A stretch of DNA of 64,000 nt from Acidobacteriota bacterium (lineage in GTDB: Bacteria; Acidobacteriota; Terriglobia; Terriglobales; Acidobacteriaceae): NCBI GenBank assembly GCA_046566985.1, contig JBKICT010000006.1, forward strand, positions 238,353 through 302,352, written 5' to 3'. Positions within the stretch are counted from its first letter, which is position 1. Every line of letters begins with the position of its first letter. Below, piece by piece: positions 47,822 to 57,375 of the stretch. Under the pieces are notes generated by a model. It saw only the letters and a program-made list of their open reading frames with translations, was not told the origin of the DNA and did not search any database. Made by a program: the position numbers and the translations under genes.

Positions 47822-48616
47822 CTAGCTGGCGCTTTTCACGCGGACGACGGTGATCTTCGAGAAGCCTTCTTCGAAGACCGGCGGTTTCAACCGTTCGGCC
47901 ATCTTGCGCATCACCTCTTCGCTCACCATGCGGTCGCGAGAGCGGTTGCGGTCAAGGCAAACCTCAAGTGGTACATCGAAGAAGACAGCCTGCACCTCAT
48001 AGCCAAAGCTCTTGGCCATCTTGATCCACTGGCGGCGCTCGTGGGGCGACAGGTTGGTGGCGTCCACGTAGTTCCACGGCATCCTGGCGATCAGGCGCGC
48101 GCGCAGCAGCGAACGCAGCGTGGAGAAGACCAGGCCCTGGTAGCGCTGCTCCTCCACGTCGTCGAACAAGATGTTGCGCAATAGGTCGCTGGAGAGCGGG
48201 GTGACGCCGCGTCGACGGAACCACGTGGTCTTACCCGAGCCGGGCAGTCCGATGGCCAGCACCACGTACCCTTTGGGGGCCTGCGCGGAGCGATCCGCAG
48301 CCTGGGGCTCGGGGGGCGGAACGGACGGCATCTCGGGCTGGGTTTCCATCTCCAGGCGGCCGCTGCCTTCGGGCGCACTCCAGGTAGGCTTGGGGGTGCG
48401 GCGCTCGGGGCGCGGCTCCCGGGGAGCGGCGACGTGCTGAGGCTGGGGCGTCTCATCCCGATGGGGACGTGCCGGCTGCGCCTCTTCCCGGCGCGGCTCC
48501 GACGGGTTGTCAAGATAGCTGGGCACCAGCGGAGCCGGCTGGTTTTGGGGGATCTGCTGCCCGATTTTGCCTGTGGATTCCGAAAGATTCGGTGCGCGTC
48601 TGGAGCGTCTTCTCAT
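47822..48616 (-). CDS. P-loop kinase (AAA_33 / polynucleotide-kinase-like) with disordered N-terminus
   Basis: IGLPGSGKT, SSD.LR, VDATN....R, RN..R.R.V. Confidence 0.85.
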   Translation of the reverse strand: MRRRSRRAPNLSESTGKIGQQIPQNQPAPLVPSYLDNPSEPRREEAQPARPHRDETPQPQHVAAPREPRPERRTPKPTWSAPEGSGRLEMETQPEMPSVPPPEPQAADRSAQAPKGYVVLAIGLPGSGKTTWFRRRGVTPLSSDLLRNILFDDVEEQRYQGLVFSTLRSLLRARLIARMPWNYVDATNLSPHERRQWIKMAKSFGYEVQAVFFDVPLEVCLDRNRSRDRMVSEEVMRKMAERLKPPVFEEGFSKITVVRVKSAS

Positions 48617-48678
48617 GCCCGCCTTCAACACCTAAATTACTACCGGGATAACACAACGGCCACTGGTGCTGCAAATCG

Positions 48679-48694
48679 TGTGCACTCCGTCACA
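48679..48694. promoter_or_regulatory. CRP/FNR-family box between divergent kinase gene and gap
   Basis: TGTGC-ACTCCG-TCACA (9/10). Confidence 0.55.
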
Positions 48695-48922
48695 TACCGT
48701 CGCGACGCCGGACCTTCACACTGGCGTGGAGCGCTGTTCGACACAGCACGGAAGATAGGCGGGCGTTTGGTTTTTGGTTGACAACAGTGTTACGATCATG
48801 AGTTTGGTGGAACTGCCTTTTGGCCCCGTTTTCAGCGCGGATTCTATTTCTGTCCGAACCCGCCGAGGCCGCCGAACGCCTCAATTCAATCCTTTTAACG
48901 CGCACTGAAGGAGAACACATTC

Positions 48923-49927
48923 ATGGCAGTAAAGGTTGGCATCAACGGCTTTGGCCGCATTGGCCGGAACGTATTTCGCGCAGCGCTGGGCAACAAGGAC
49001 ATCGAGTTCGTTGCAGTGAACGATCTGACGAGCCCCGCGACTCTCGCGCATCTGCTCAAGTACGACTCGATTCTGGGCAACCTGCCCAACGAGATCAGCG
49101 CCACCGAGGACTCGATTGTTGTCGATGGCAAGAAGATCAAGGTCTTCGCCGAGAAGGACCCGGCCAAGCTGCCCTGGGCGGACGTGGGCGCGCAGATCGT
49201 GGTGGAGTCGACCGGCCGTTTCACCGATGCGACGGTCGCCAAGGCGCACCTGGGCTCGACCGTGAAGAAGGTCATCATCTCCGCTCCGGCGACGAACGAA
49301 GACATCACCATCGTGCTGGGCGTGAACCAGGACAAGTACGATCCGGCCAAGCACAATATCCTCTCCAATGCGAGCTGCACCACCAACTGCCTGGCGCCCG
49401 TGGTCAAGGTGATGATCGAGCAGTTCGGGATCGTCAGCGGCATCATGACGACCATCCACTCGTACACCAACGACCAGGTCATCCTGGACTTCCCGCACAA
49501 GGACCTGCGCCGCGCCCGCGCTGCCGCACTGAACATGATTCCCAGCTCGACCGGCGCCGCCAAGGCCCTGAAGCTGGTGATCCCCGAAGTTGCCGGCAAG
49601 CTGGACGGCTTCGCCATCCGCGTCCCAACGCCGAACGTCTCGATCGTGGACCTGACCTTCATCAGCGAGAAGGCGACCGACGCCAAGGCCGTGAACGCCG
49701 CGCTGAAGGCCGCCAGCGAAGGCGCGCTGAAGGGCATTCTGGGCTACGACACCAACGAACTGGTCAGCTCCGACTTCAAGGGCGACCGGCGTTCGTCGAT
49801 TGTGGACGCGCCCCTGACCAAGGTTGTGGGCAACAGCGTGAAGGTGCTGAGCTGGTACGACAACGAGTGGGGCTACTCGAACCGCGTTGTGGACCTGATC
49901 GGCTTTTTGACCAAGAAGGGACTGTAA
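48923..49927 (+). CDS. gap: Type I glyceraldehyde-3-phosphate dehydrogenase
   Basis: [32 protein letters not shown]. Confidence 0.99.
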   Translation: MAVKVGINGFGRIGRNVFRAALGNKDIEFVAVNDLTSPATLAHLLKYDSILGNLPNEISATEDSIVVDGKKIKVFAEKDPAKLPWADVGAQIVVESTGRFTDATVAKAHLGSTVKKVIISAPATNEDITIVLGVNQDKYDPAKHNILSNASCTTNCLAPVVKVMIEQFGIVSGIMTTIHSYTNDQVILDFPHKDLRRARAAALNMIPSSTGAAKALKLVIPEVAGKLDGFAIRVPTPNVSIVDLTFISEKATDAKAVNAALKAASEGALKGILGYDTNELVSSDFKGDRRSSIVDAPLTKVVGNSVKVLSWYDNEWGYSNRVVDLIGFLTKKGL

Positions 49928-49929
49928 CG

Positions 49930-49997
49930 GCAGGTGTCAGGGTGCGGGTGTCAGGTGTCAGGCTTAATGCCGCCCTGGCACCTGCAATCTGAAGCCT
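49930..49997. repeat. Inverted heptamer-repeat hairpin between gap and pgk
   Basis: GCAGGTG TCAGGGT GCGGGTG TCAGGTG TCAGGCT, then GCCCTGG CACCTGC AATCTGA AGCCT. Confidence 0.7.
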
Positions 49998-50098
49998 CCT
50001 TCCTAAGCCGAAACTTCATCGCCGCATCTCTCCATATGGCCGCCGCCGGTTCCATAGTGCCTCAGTCCCAAGTCCCTAGCCCCTGAGAAAGGCATCCC

Positions 50099-51313
50099 AT
50101 GTCCAAGCTTTCTATTCGCGACATCGATCTGACCAACAAACGCGTGTTCATCCGCGTGGATTTCAACGTGCCGCTCACCGAGGACGGCTCGACCATCACC
50201 GACGACACGCGCATTGTGGCCACGCTGCCCACCATTGAATACGCACTGCGGCACAAGGCGAAGGTGATTCTTGCGTCGCATCTGGGCAGGCCGAAGGGCA
50301 AGCCGAATCCGAAGTACTCGCTGCGCCCGGTAGTGGACCGCCTGCGCGAGCTCCTCGACAAGAAGATCGGCGACAGCGTCAACGTGGCCTTTGCGCCCGA
50401 CTGCGTAGGCGAGGTGGCCGAAGAGATGGCGCGCCAGTTAGAGTCACGCCAGGTGCTATTGCTGGAGAATTTGCGCTTCCACGCAGAGGAAGAAGCCAAT
50501 GATCCGACGTTCAGCCGCAAGCTCGCCAACCTGGCTGAGATTTACGTGAACGATGCGTTTGGCTCCGCGCACCGCGCGCATGCATCCACAGAGGGCATGA
50601 CCCAGTTCATCAAGCCCGCGGTGGCCGGCCTGCTGATGGAAAAGGAAATCACGTATCTGGGCAAGGCGCTGGAGGCGCCCGAGAAGCCGTTCGTGGCGAT
50701 CATCGGCGGATCGAAGATCTCGGGCAAGATTGACGTGATCCAGAACCTGCTGGACAAGGTGGACACGCTCGTGATCGTCGGCGGCATGGCGTACACGTTC
50801 TATCGCGCTAAAGGCGTGACGACGGGCAAGTCCCTGGTGGAAGAGGACAAGATCGACCTGGCCAAGGAGACAATGGCGAAGGCCAAGGCAAAGGGAGTGA
50901 ACCTGTTGCTGCCGGTGGACAATATTCTGGCCGACGGGTTCGCGAACGACGCCAAAACCCAGCCCTGGGACACGTCAAAGGACTTCCCCGCCGACTGGCA
51001 GGGCCTGGATATCGGTCCCAAGTCAGTTGCCGCGATTGAGGAGGTAGTCTCCACCGCGCGCACGATTGTGTGGAACGGGCCGGCCGGCGTCTTCGAGTTC
51101 CCAACCTTCGCGAAGGGCACCAACGCCATTGCGCGCGCCGTTGCGGCCAACAAGGCGGCCACGTCGATCATCGGTGGCGGCGATAGCGTAAGCGCCATCA
51201 ACCAGGCCGGCGTCGCCGAGCAGATCACCCACATCTCCACCGGCGGCGGGGCCAGCCTCGAATTTTTGGAGGGTAAGAAGCTGCCGGGTGTGGAAGCGCT
51301 GACGGAGAAGTAG
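50099..51313 (+). CDS. pgk: Phosphoglycerate kinase
   Basis: RVDFNVP, SHLGRP, LLENLRF, NDAFG.AHR, WNGPAGVFE, GGGDS, STGGGASLE. Confidence 0.99.
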   Translation: MSKLSIRDIDLTNKRVFIRVDFNVPLTEDGSTITDDTRIVATLPTIEYALRHKAKVILASHLGRPKGKPNPKYSLRPVVDRLRELLDKKIGDSVNVAFAPDCVGEVAEEMARQLESRQVLLLENLRFHAEEEANDPTFSRKLANLAEIYVNDAFGSAHRAHASTEGMTQFIKPAVAGLLMEKEITYLGKALEAPEKPFVAIIGGSKISGKIDVIQNLLDKVDTLVIVGGMAYTFYRAKGVTTGKSLVEEDKIDLAKETMAKAKAKGVNLLLPVDNILADGFANDAKTQPWDTSKDFPADWQGLDIGPKSVAAIEEVVSTARTIVWNGPAGVFEFPTFAKGTNAIARAVAANKAATSIIGGGDSVSAINQAGVAEQITHISTGGGASLEFLEGKKLPGVEALTEK

Positions 51314-51338
51314 GGATCAGGGGGCAGGGATCAACAAG

Positions 51339-51372
51339 AAGCCGCATCCGGTCCGAGCCGGATGCGGCTTTG
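51339..51372. terminator. Terminator between pgk and the convergent PIN gene
   Basis: GAAGCCGCATCCGG-TCCGAG-CCGGATGCGGCTTT. Confidence 0.8.
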
Positions 51373-51378
51373 AGTTTT

Positions 51379-51792
51379 TTAACTGCCGTGTCGATGCCAA
51401 AATCCGGCAGGGGTGACGATTGGATACTCGTCCGCCAGCGCTAAAAGATCTTTGTCACCGGTAATTAGATAATCGGCTTTTGCGACGCGCCAGGTTCCCA
51501 GAATCTGCTGGTCTGCGCTGTCCCGCAGACGTCCTTCGGCTTCGCCGCTCGGTTCCACAATATCCGCCATGAACATGAAGCTGTCGGCCAGATCGCGAAC
51601 CTCGTCAGCAGTTAGCCTGATTCGCGTTAGCCTGGGCAGAACCCTGACCATCTCATCCAGAATGTAGCGCGAGAGGACCAGATCGATTCCGCCTTGCCGC
51701 CACAGCGCAAGAATCTGGCCCGGAATGCTCTGGGGATATGCCAACCCGGAAACCAGAACATTTGTGTCGAGCACGACGCGCATCCGGCTCAT
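51379..51792 (-). CDS. PIN-domain toxin (VapC-like)
   Basis: RVVLDTNVLVSG, E, RDSAD, ADYLITGDKDLL acidic tetrad. Confidence 0.92.
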   Translation of the reverse strand: MSRMRVVLDTNVLVSGLAYPQSIPGQILALWRQGGIDLVLSRYILDEMVRVLPRLTRIRLTADEVRDLADSFMFMADIVEPSGEAEGRLRDSADQQILGTWRVAKADYLITGDKDLLALADEYPIVTPAGFWHRHGS

Positions 51793-52061
51793 GAGCGGCG
51801 CCTGCCGCGCTTCACGGCAGCATTAATCTCCTTCATCCCATCGTCCATGGGAACGTCAGTGTAGGCATCTGCGATGCGGCGGCTCAATGCATCGAAACGC
51901 TCCTGCATGCGACGTATGCGGGCAAAGAGTTCCGCGTCAACCAGGGCAGCGACGGGCTTACCGTCTTTGTCGATCACGATGCTGTCGTTCCGGTACTGCA
52001 CCTGGTTCAACATCTCTCCAAGATTCTGGCGAAATTTGACGGCCGTAACTTTCGAAACCAT
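51789..52061 (-). CDS. Phd/YefM-family antitoxin
   Basis: VTAVKFRQNLGEMLNQV...SIVI.KDGKPVAALV; ATGA overlap with the toxin. Confidence 0.9.
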   Translation of the reverse strand: MVSKVTAVKFRQNLGEMLNQVQYRNDSIVIDKDGKPVAALVDAELFARIRRMQERFDALSRRIADAYTDVPMDDGMKEINAAVKRGRRRS

Positions 52062-52083
52062 TTGTGCTTGCCTCTATTACCAT

Positions 52084-52102
52084 TATGATCGCTATGATCA
52101 TA
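52084..52102. promoter_or_regulatory. Palindromic operator upstream of the TA pair
   Basis: TATGATC-GCTAT-GATCATA, 22 nt upstream of the antitoxin ATG. Confidence 0.6.
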
Positions 52103-52253
52103 TATGTCTAACTGGGTTGTCGGGATTGCGCCTAGTGTGTCGACGCCTTCCGGTGCAGCTCTTGTGGCGGCTCGCTCTGTCCTCTCTGTGCCCCGCATCA
52201 CCTTCCGCCATGGCCCCATCCCCTAAAATCAGAGATGAGGAAACCACACAAAA

Positions 52254-53006
<753 letters not shown>

Positions 53007-53010
53007 AGAG

Positions 53011-53152
53011 CAGTGACAAAGGTACAGAGTGACAAAGTGACAGAGTGACAGAGTGAAAAGGTAAAGGAGGCGGGGCAGCCCGCCACCCTTCGGTTTCTCA
53101 CCCTGCAACCTTGTCACTTTGTCACTTTCCCACTTTGCCACTCTGTCAGTTA
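53011..53152. repeat. Inverted octamer-repeat arms (CA(G/A)AGTGA x6-7 and TCACTTTG x5) after tpiA
   Basis: CAAAGGTA CAGAGTGA CAAAGTGA CAGAGTGA CAGAGTGA at 53017-53056; CAACCTTG TCACTTTG TCACTTTC CCACTTTG CCACTCTG at 53106-53145. Confidence 0.85.
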
Positions 53153-53191
53153 TCTCCGAACCGTTCGCCGACGACGCGCGTATCATGTCTC

Positions 53192-54373
53192 ATGCCGGAA
53201 ACGCTTTCCGCATCCGCCGTCTCACTCGCTGAAGCTGCCGCGGCGACGCGTTCCGCGCCAACCCGCGACCTCTACATCGATCGCCTGCGAGTTGTGATGA
53301 CCGCGTTGGTGGTTCTGCACCACTGTGCCATCACCTACGGGGCGCCGGGCAGTTGGTATTACAACGAACTCCATCCCTCCGGGTCTTTATCGAGCTTCCT
53401 GCTCACCATCTTCGTTGCTACCAACCAGGCGTACTTCATGGGATTCTTCTTCCTGCTGGCCGGTTACTTCACGCCACGTTCGCTGGAGCGCAAAGGCTAT
53501 GGATGGTTCATCGGCGACCGGTTTACGCGCCTCGGCCTGCCGCTGCTTTTTTACATCGTAGTGTTGAATCCCATTACGGATTCGGTGGTTGCCGCCGCCG
53601 AGGGAAAACCCTTCTGGGCGGTTATGGCGTGGCATTGGAATCATATGGTCATCGGCACTGGCCCCATGTGGTTCGTGCAGGCACTTCTGATGTTCACATT
53701 GGCCTATTGCGCGTGGCGGGCGGTTGCAGGCCCCGCGCTCCATGCGCCGCAGATAAAGAAGCGTGTTCCATCCGGAGGCTGGTGGCTGCTGAGCGCCCTG
53801 ATCGTGGGCGCTGCAGCCCTGGCGATCCGCCAGGTCGTGCCGGCCGGCGTCAACGTCATTGGCCTGCAGCTCGGCTACTTTGCCAGCTACCTGTTTCTCT
53901 TCGCCATCGGCATCGTGGCTCGCCGGAACGACTGGCTCAATCAACTGCAGTGGCGTCATGCGCGCGCCGCACTGATTGCAGCGTTCATCGCATGGCCCGC
54001 TCTGTTTGTGGCCATTGTTCTCTCCGGCGCCATACAGGGAGCAAAAGTCAACTTCGGCGGTGGCCACACCTGGCCGGCGATTCTCTATGCGTTCTGGGAG
54101 CCGTTTGTGGCCTGGGGTTTGATTGCCGCGTGGCTGCTGCTTTTCCGCAGTTACGTCAACACCCCATCCGCATTCTGGAAATGGCTCAGCCGCCGCGCGT
54201 ATACGGTCTACATCCTTCATCCGCCGGTCCTGGTGGGTGTGGCGGTGCTGTTGCGTCCGTGGGCCGGTCCGGCATTGGTCAAGTTCGGGGTGACCGGTAC
54301 GCTGGCGTGTGCCGCAGCCTGGATGATTGCGGATCCGCTGGTGCGCATGCCGGGGCTGCGGCGCGTCGTCTGA
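53192..54373 (+). CDS. Acyltransferase family 3 (OpgC/MdoC-like membrane acyltransferase)
   Basis: YIDRLR...LVVLHH, MGFFFLLAGYF, RFTRLGLP, GPMWF, AYTVYILH; about 10 TM helices. Confidence 0.9.
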   Translation: MPETLSASAVSLAEAAAATRSAPTRDLYIDRLRVVMTALVVLHHCAITYGAPGSWYYNELHPSGSLSSFLLTIFVATNQAYFMGFFFLLAGYFTPRSLERKGYGWFIGDRFTRLGLPLLFYIVVLNPITDSVVAAAEGKPFWAVMAWHWNHMVIGTGPMWFVQALLMFTLAYCAWRAVAGPALHAPQIKKRVPSGGWWLLSALIVGAAALAIRQVVPAGVNVIGLQLGYFASYLFLFAIGIVARRNDWLNQLQWRHARAALIAAFIAWPALFVAIVLSGAIQGAKVNFGGGHTWPAILYAFWEPFVAWGLIAAWLLLFRSYVNTPSAFWKWLSRRAYTVYILHPPVLVGVAVLLRPWAGPALVKFGVTGTLACAAAWMIADPLVRMPGLRRVV

Positions 54374-54394
54374 TCGACTGCGAATCGCATGGGC

Positions 54395-54615
54395 AAAAAA
54401 TCGCCTTCGAAGGAATCGTCGCTTCGAAGGCGCTTGTATGAATCACAAGATTGCAATGAACGGGGACCAGTAGCCGGCACTGGAGGTCGGTAGCGCGCGG
54501 CTACTGGTGATCCCTGCACATAACGAGGTTAGCTGCGGCTTCCCCTTTCCACGGCTGCCTCGTGTCTCCCGGCTCAAGAGAGGTCTGATGTTTCGGCCTC
54601 TCGAACCATGTCGAC
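54395..54615 (-). ncRNA. Candidate trans-acting structured sRNA with intrinsic terminator
   Basis: Three consecutive hairpins (54571-54607, 54523-54563, 54462-54514) and an 11-bp terminator stem (54402-54432) whose U6 tract is on the minus strand. In hairpins 1 and 3, the C.A mismatches become G.U pairs only on the minus strand. Confidence 0.55.
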
Positions 54616-54648
54616 ATTCGGAGTTTCTCGTATCTTTGCGGTCCGTTC

Positions 54649-54664
54649 GGTGACGGTCGTCACA
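54649..54664. promoter_or_regulatory. CRP/FNR-family box between the candidate sRNA and purC
   Basis: GGTGA-CGGTCG-TCACA (9/10). Confidence 0.55.
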
Positions 54665-54796
54665 ACACATTGTGGAATTCTCGGCGACGGGGTTTGTGCC
54701 ACTTTGAACACAAATTGGTCGTGCCGCGCCGCATTGACGAGACCCGGTGTCGCGCCCGAAAATCGGAACTTCAGTCATCGAATGGAAGGCCCTCCT

Positions 54797-55690
54797 GTGA
54801 CCGCACTCCTCCAAACCAACCTCGGCTCCACTCCGCTGCTCGGGCGGGGTAAAGTACGCGATTTGTACGCGATCGGCGACGACCTGCTGCTGGTCGCCAC
54901 GGACCGCATCTCGGCATTCGATCATGTTCTCGGCACCGGCATTCCCGGCAAGGGCAAGATCCTGACGCAGATCTCGCTCTTCTGGTTCGAAATGATGGCC
55001 GGCATTGTGCCCAATCACCTGATCACGGCCGATGTGAAGCAGTTCCCTGCCTCGCTGCAGCCGTATGCCGATCAGCTCGAAGGCCGCTCGATGCTGGTGC
55101 GCCGCGCGAAGATGTTCCCGGTGGAGTGCGTGGCGCGCGGGTATCTTGCCGGGTCGGGCTGGAAGGAATACAAGGCCGAAGGCACCGTGTGCGGCATTGC
55201 GCTGCCGGCGGGGTTGCAGGATGGCTCGCGGCTGCCGGAGCCGATTTTTACGCCGGCCACGAAGAGCCAGGACGGCTCGCACGATGAGAACATCTCCTTT
55301 GCCCAGGTGGAGAAGATCATCGGCGCACACGAGGCCGCCGAACTGCGGCGCCTGACCATGGCCATCTACGCGCGCGCCGCCGAACACGCCGAATCGCGCG
55401 GCCTGATTCTGGCGGACACGAAGTTCGAATTCGGCGTGATCGATGGACGCATTACGCTGGCCGACGAGGTGCTGACGCCGGACTCTTCGCGCTTCTGGGA
55501 CGGCAAGCTGTGGAATCCGGGAGGCGCGCAGGCATCGTTTGACAAGCAGTTTGTGCGCGACTATCTCGAGTCGATCCACTGGAACAAGCAGGCGCCCGCG
55601 CCGAGCCTTCCGGAAGATGTTGCGCAGCGGACGCAGGCGAAGTATCTTGAAGCCTTCCGGCTTCTCACCGGCCGAACTCTCACTTTGTAA
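54797..55690 (+). CDS. purC: Phosphoribosylaminoimidazole-succinocarboxamide synthase
   Basis: RGKVRDLY, TDRISAFD, ECVARGYL.GSG, FTPATK, DTKFEFG, DEVLTPDSSRFW, FDKQFVRD. GTG start with GGAAGG SD. Confidence 0.97.
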   Translation: MTALLQTNLGSTPLLGRGKVRDLYAIGDDLLLVATDRISAFDHVLGTGIPGKGKILTQISLFWFEMMAGIVPNHLITADVKQFPASLQPYADQLEGRSMLVRRAKMFPVECVARGYLAGSGWKEYKAEGTVCGIALPAGLQDGSRLPEPIFTPATKSQDGSHDENISFAQVEKIIGAHEAAELRRLTMAIYARAAEHAESRGLILADTKFEFGVIDGRITLADEVLTPDSSRFWDGKLWNPGGAQASFDKQFVRDYLESIHWNKQAPAPSLPEDVAQRTQAKYLEAFRLLTGRTLTL

Positions 55691-55707
55691 AGTCATCGGA
55701 GCAGCGC

Positions 55708-56250
55708 GTGACACTCGTCGATTGGATCGTGCTCATTATCCTGGTATGCGCCATCGTCGGAGGGCTCGTGCAGGGTTTCTTCCGCTCCGTGTGTTCGCTG
55801 GGAGGGCTTATCCTCGGGCTGGTGCTGGCGGCGTGGAATTATGCGCGCCTCGCCGCCGTGCTCATTCCGGTGGTGCGCATTGCGGCGGTAGCGGATACAA
55901 TTTCTTTTCTGCTCATCGCACTGCTGGTGATGGCCGTGATCGGCCTGATTGGCAATCTCATTGCCCGGACCCTGCGCCTGCTTGGCCTGGGATGGATCGA
56001 CTCGCTGGCGGGCGGAGTGTTCGGATTCTTTCAAGGCGCACTGCTGATCGTGATCGGCATCTTGGTGGTGGTTGCATTTTTTCCTCAGACGCAGTGGATT
56101 GCGGAGGCGCGGCTTCCGCGCATGTTCTTCGGCGCCTGTCACGTAAGCGCCGATGTTACGCCTGCGGAGCTCTCCCAGCGCATCCGCAGCGGATTGAAGG
56201 AATGGGAATCGGAATCGCCGCGCTGGATGCATCCGGATCGCCCGAGTTGA
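55708..56250 (+). CDS. cvpA: CvpA (colicin V production) family membrane protein
   Basis: DWIVLII....IVGGLVQGF; LGWIDSLAGGVFGFFQG; four TM helices; purine-cluster context. Confidence 0.85.
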   Translation: MTLVDWIVLIILVCAIVGGLVQGFFRSVCSLGGLILGLVLAAWNYARLAAVLIPVVRIAAVADTISFLLIALLVMAVIGLIGNLIARTLRLLGLGWIDSLAGGVFGFFQGALLIVIGILVVVAFFPQTQWIAEARLPRMFFGACHVSADVTPAELSQRIRSGLKEWESESPRWMHPDRPS

Positions 56251-56327
56251 ATCCCTCATTTTGGGCAGAGCAGAGGGGCGGCGAATGTGGCAATCTAGTA
56301 GAAGTCAAAAAAAGCAAGGGGTGCACG

Positions 56328-56615
56328 TTGAAACGAGAGTTGGAGAGCCTGGTAACGCAGATGCATTCCAGCGGAGTACGGTACGAAGATGCCGTCCGCG
56401 AGTTCAAGAGACAATATTTGCGCGAAGTGCTGATTGCGCACCGAGGCAACCAATGCAAGGCGGCCGAAGAATTGGGCATGCACCGCAACACCCTGAGCCG
56501 CGCGATGGCCGAGCTGGGGCTGAGCCTGGCGGAGGTTCGCGCCGGCCTCAAGCGTCCGCCGCGCGCCGAACGTCCTGTCTATAGCGCCGCGCGTCCAGTC
56601 CTTCGCCAGGGCTGA
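56328..56615 (+). CDS. Fis-like helix-turn-helix protein
   Basis: AVREFKRQYL..VL..HRGNQCKAAEELGMHRNTLSR (HTH_8); TTG start. Confidence 0.88.
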   Translation: MKRELESLVTQMHSSGVRYEDAVREFKRQYLREVLIAHRGNQCKAAEELGMHRNTLSRAMAELGLSLAEVRAGLKRPPRAERPVYSAARPVLRQG

Positions 56616-56631
56616 CGCCGCCCTGGAGATC

Positions 56632-57375
56632 ATGCAGAATCCGCTTTACCCTCCATCCTCCGAAGCCCAGGTCGAAATTGCTCCTGGTTTCGTGTGGGAT
56701 GCGCAGGAGGCCTATCTTTTTGACATCGACGGCACGCTGTTGCGCAGCCGCGACCGCATCCATGTAGACTCCTTCGTCTCGAGCGTGCACCGGGTGACCG
56801 GGTTTGAGGTCACGCTGGCGGGAATTGTGCTGCATGGCAGTACGGACACGGCCATCCTGCGCGAGGCCTGCAACCAGGCCGGTATTCCGCCTGAAGTGCT
56901 GGAGAGCCAGGCTGGAGCCATCCTCAATGCCATGTGCGCGCAGGTGGCGGAGAAACGCCACTCCATGGATCTGGTGCGCATGCCGGGGGTGGAAGAGGCC
57001 CTGCGCCATTTGGCAACGCGGGGCGCGCTGCTGGGCGTGGGCACAGGCAACCTGGAGCTGATTGGCTGGATCAAGATTGAGCAAGCGGGGCTGCGCGAGT
57101 GGTTCCGTTTCGGCGGGTTCAGCGATAACTTTCCTGATCGCTCCGAGCTGATTGCGCACGCCGCGGAAAAGGCCCGCGAACTGGCCGGCGCCGGCGCCAG
57201 CATCTGCGTGGTCGGGGATACTCCGCGCGACATTGAAGCCGCGCACGCGAACAATCTGCCGGTGATTGCGGTGGCGACCGGCCGCTACGCCTTTGACGAA
57301 CTGCGCGCGCACTCGCCGGAAGTGTGCACCACCTCGCTCGCCGATCTCCTTGCCGGGACACAACCGCCGAAGTGA
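56632..57375 (+). CDS. HAD family hydrolase
   Basis: LFDIDGTLL, GTGN, VVGDTPRDI.AA. Confidence 0.88.
   Translation: MQNPLYPPSSEAQVEIAPGFVWDAQEAYLFDIDGTLLRSRDRIHVDSFVSSVHRVTGFEVTLAGIVLHGSTDTAILREACNQAGIPPEVLESQAGAILNAMCAQVAEKRHSMDLVRMPGVEEALRHLATRGALLGVGTGNLELIGWIKIEQAGLREWFRFGGFSDNFPDRSELIAHAAEKARELAGAGASICVVGDTPRDIEAAHANNLPVIAVATGRYAFDELRAHSPEVCTTSLADLLAGTQPPK

Noticed and set aside
53011-53152. CRISPR array (also considered for 17454-17672 and 49930-49997)
   Set aside because: Units are 7-8 nt, contiguous, without spacers; no cas genes.
54523-54563. c-di-AMP (ydaO-yuaA) riboswitch, suggested by CAGCUAACCUCGU pairing with ACGAGG
   Set aside because: The GGGGUGAAUC and internal helices of that class are absent, and no gene lies downstream on that strand. 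Kept only as part of the sRNA candidate.
54600-54797. ZTP, guanine or PRPP riboswitch upstream of purC
   Set aside because: None of the conserved cores could be found on the plus strand.
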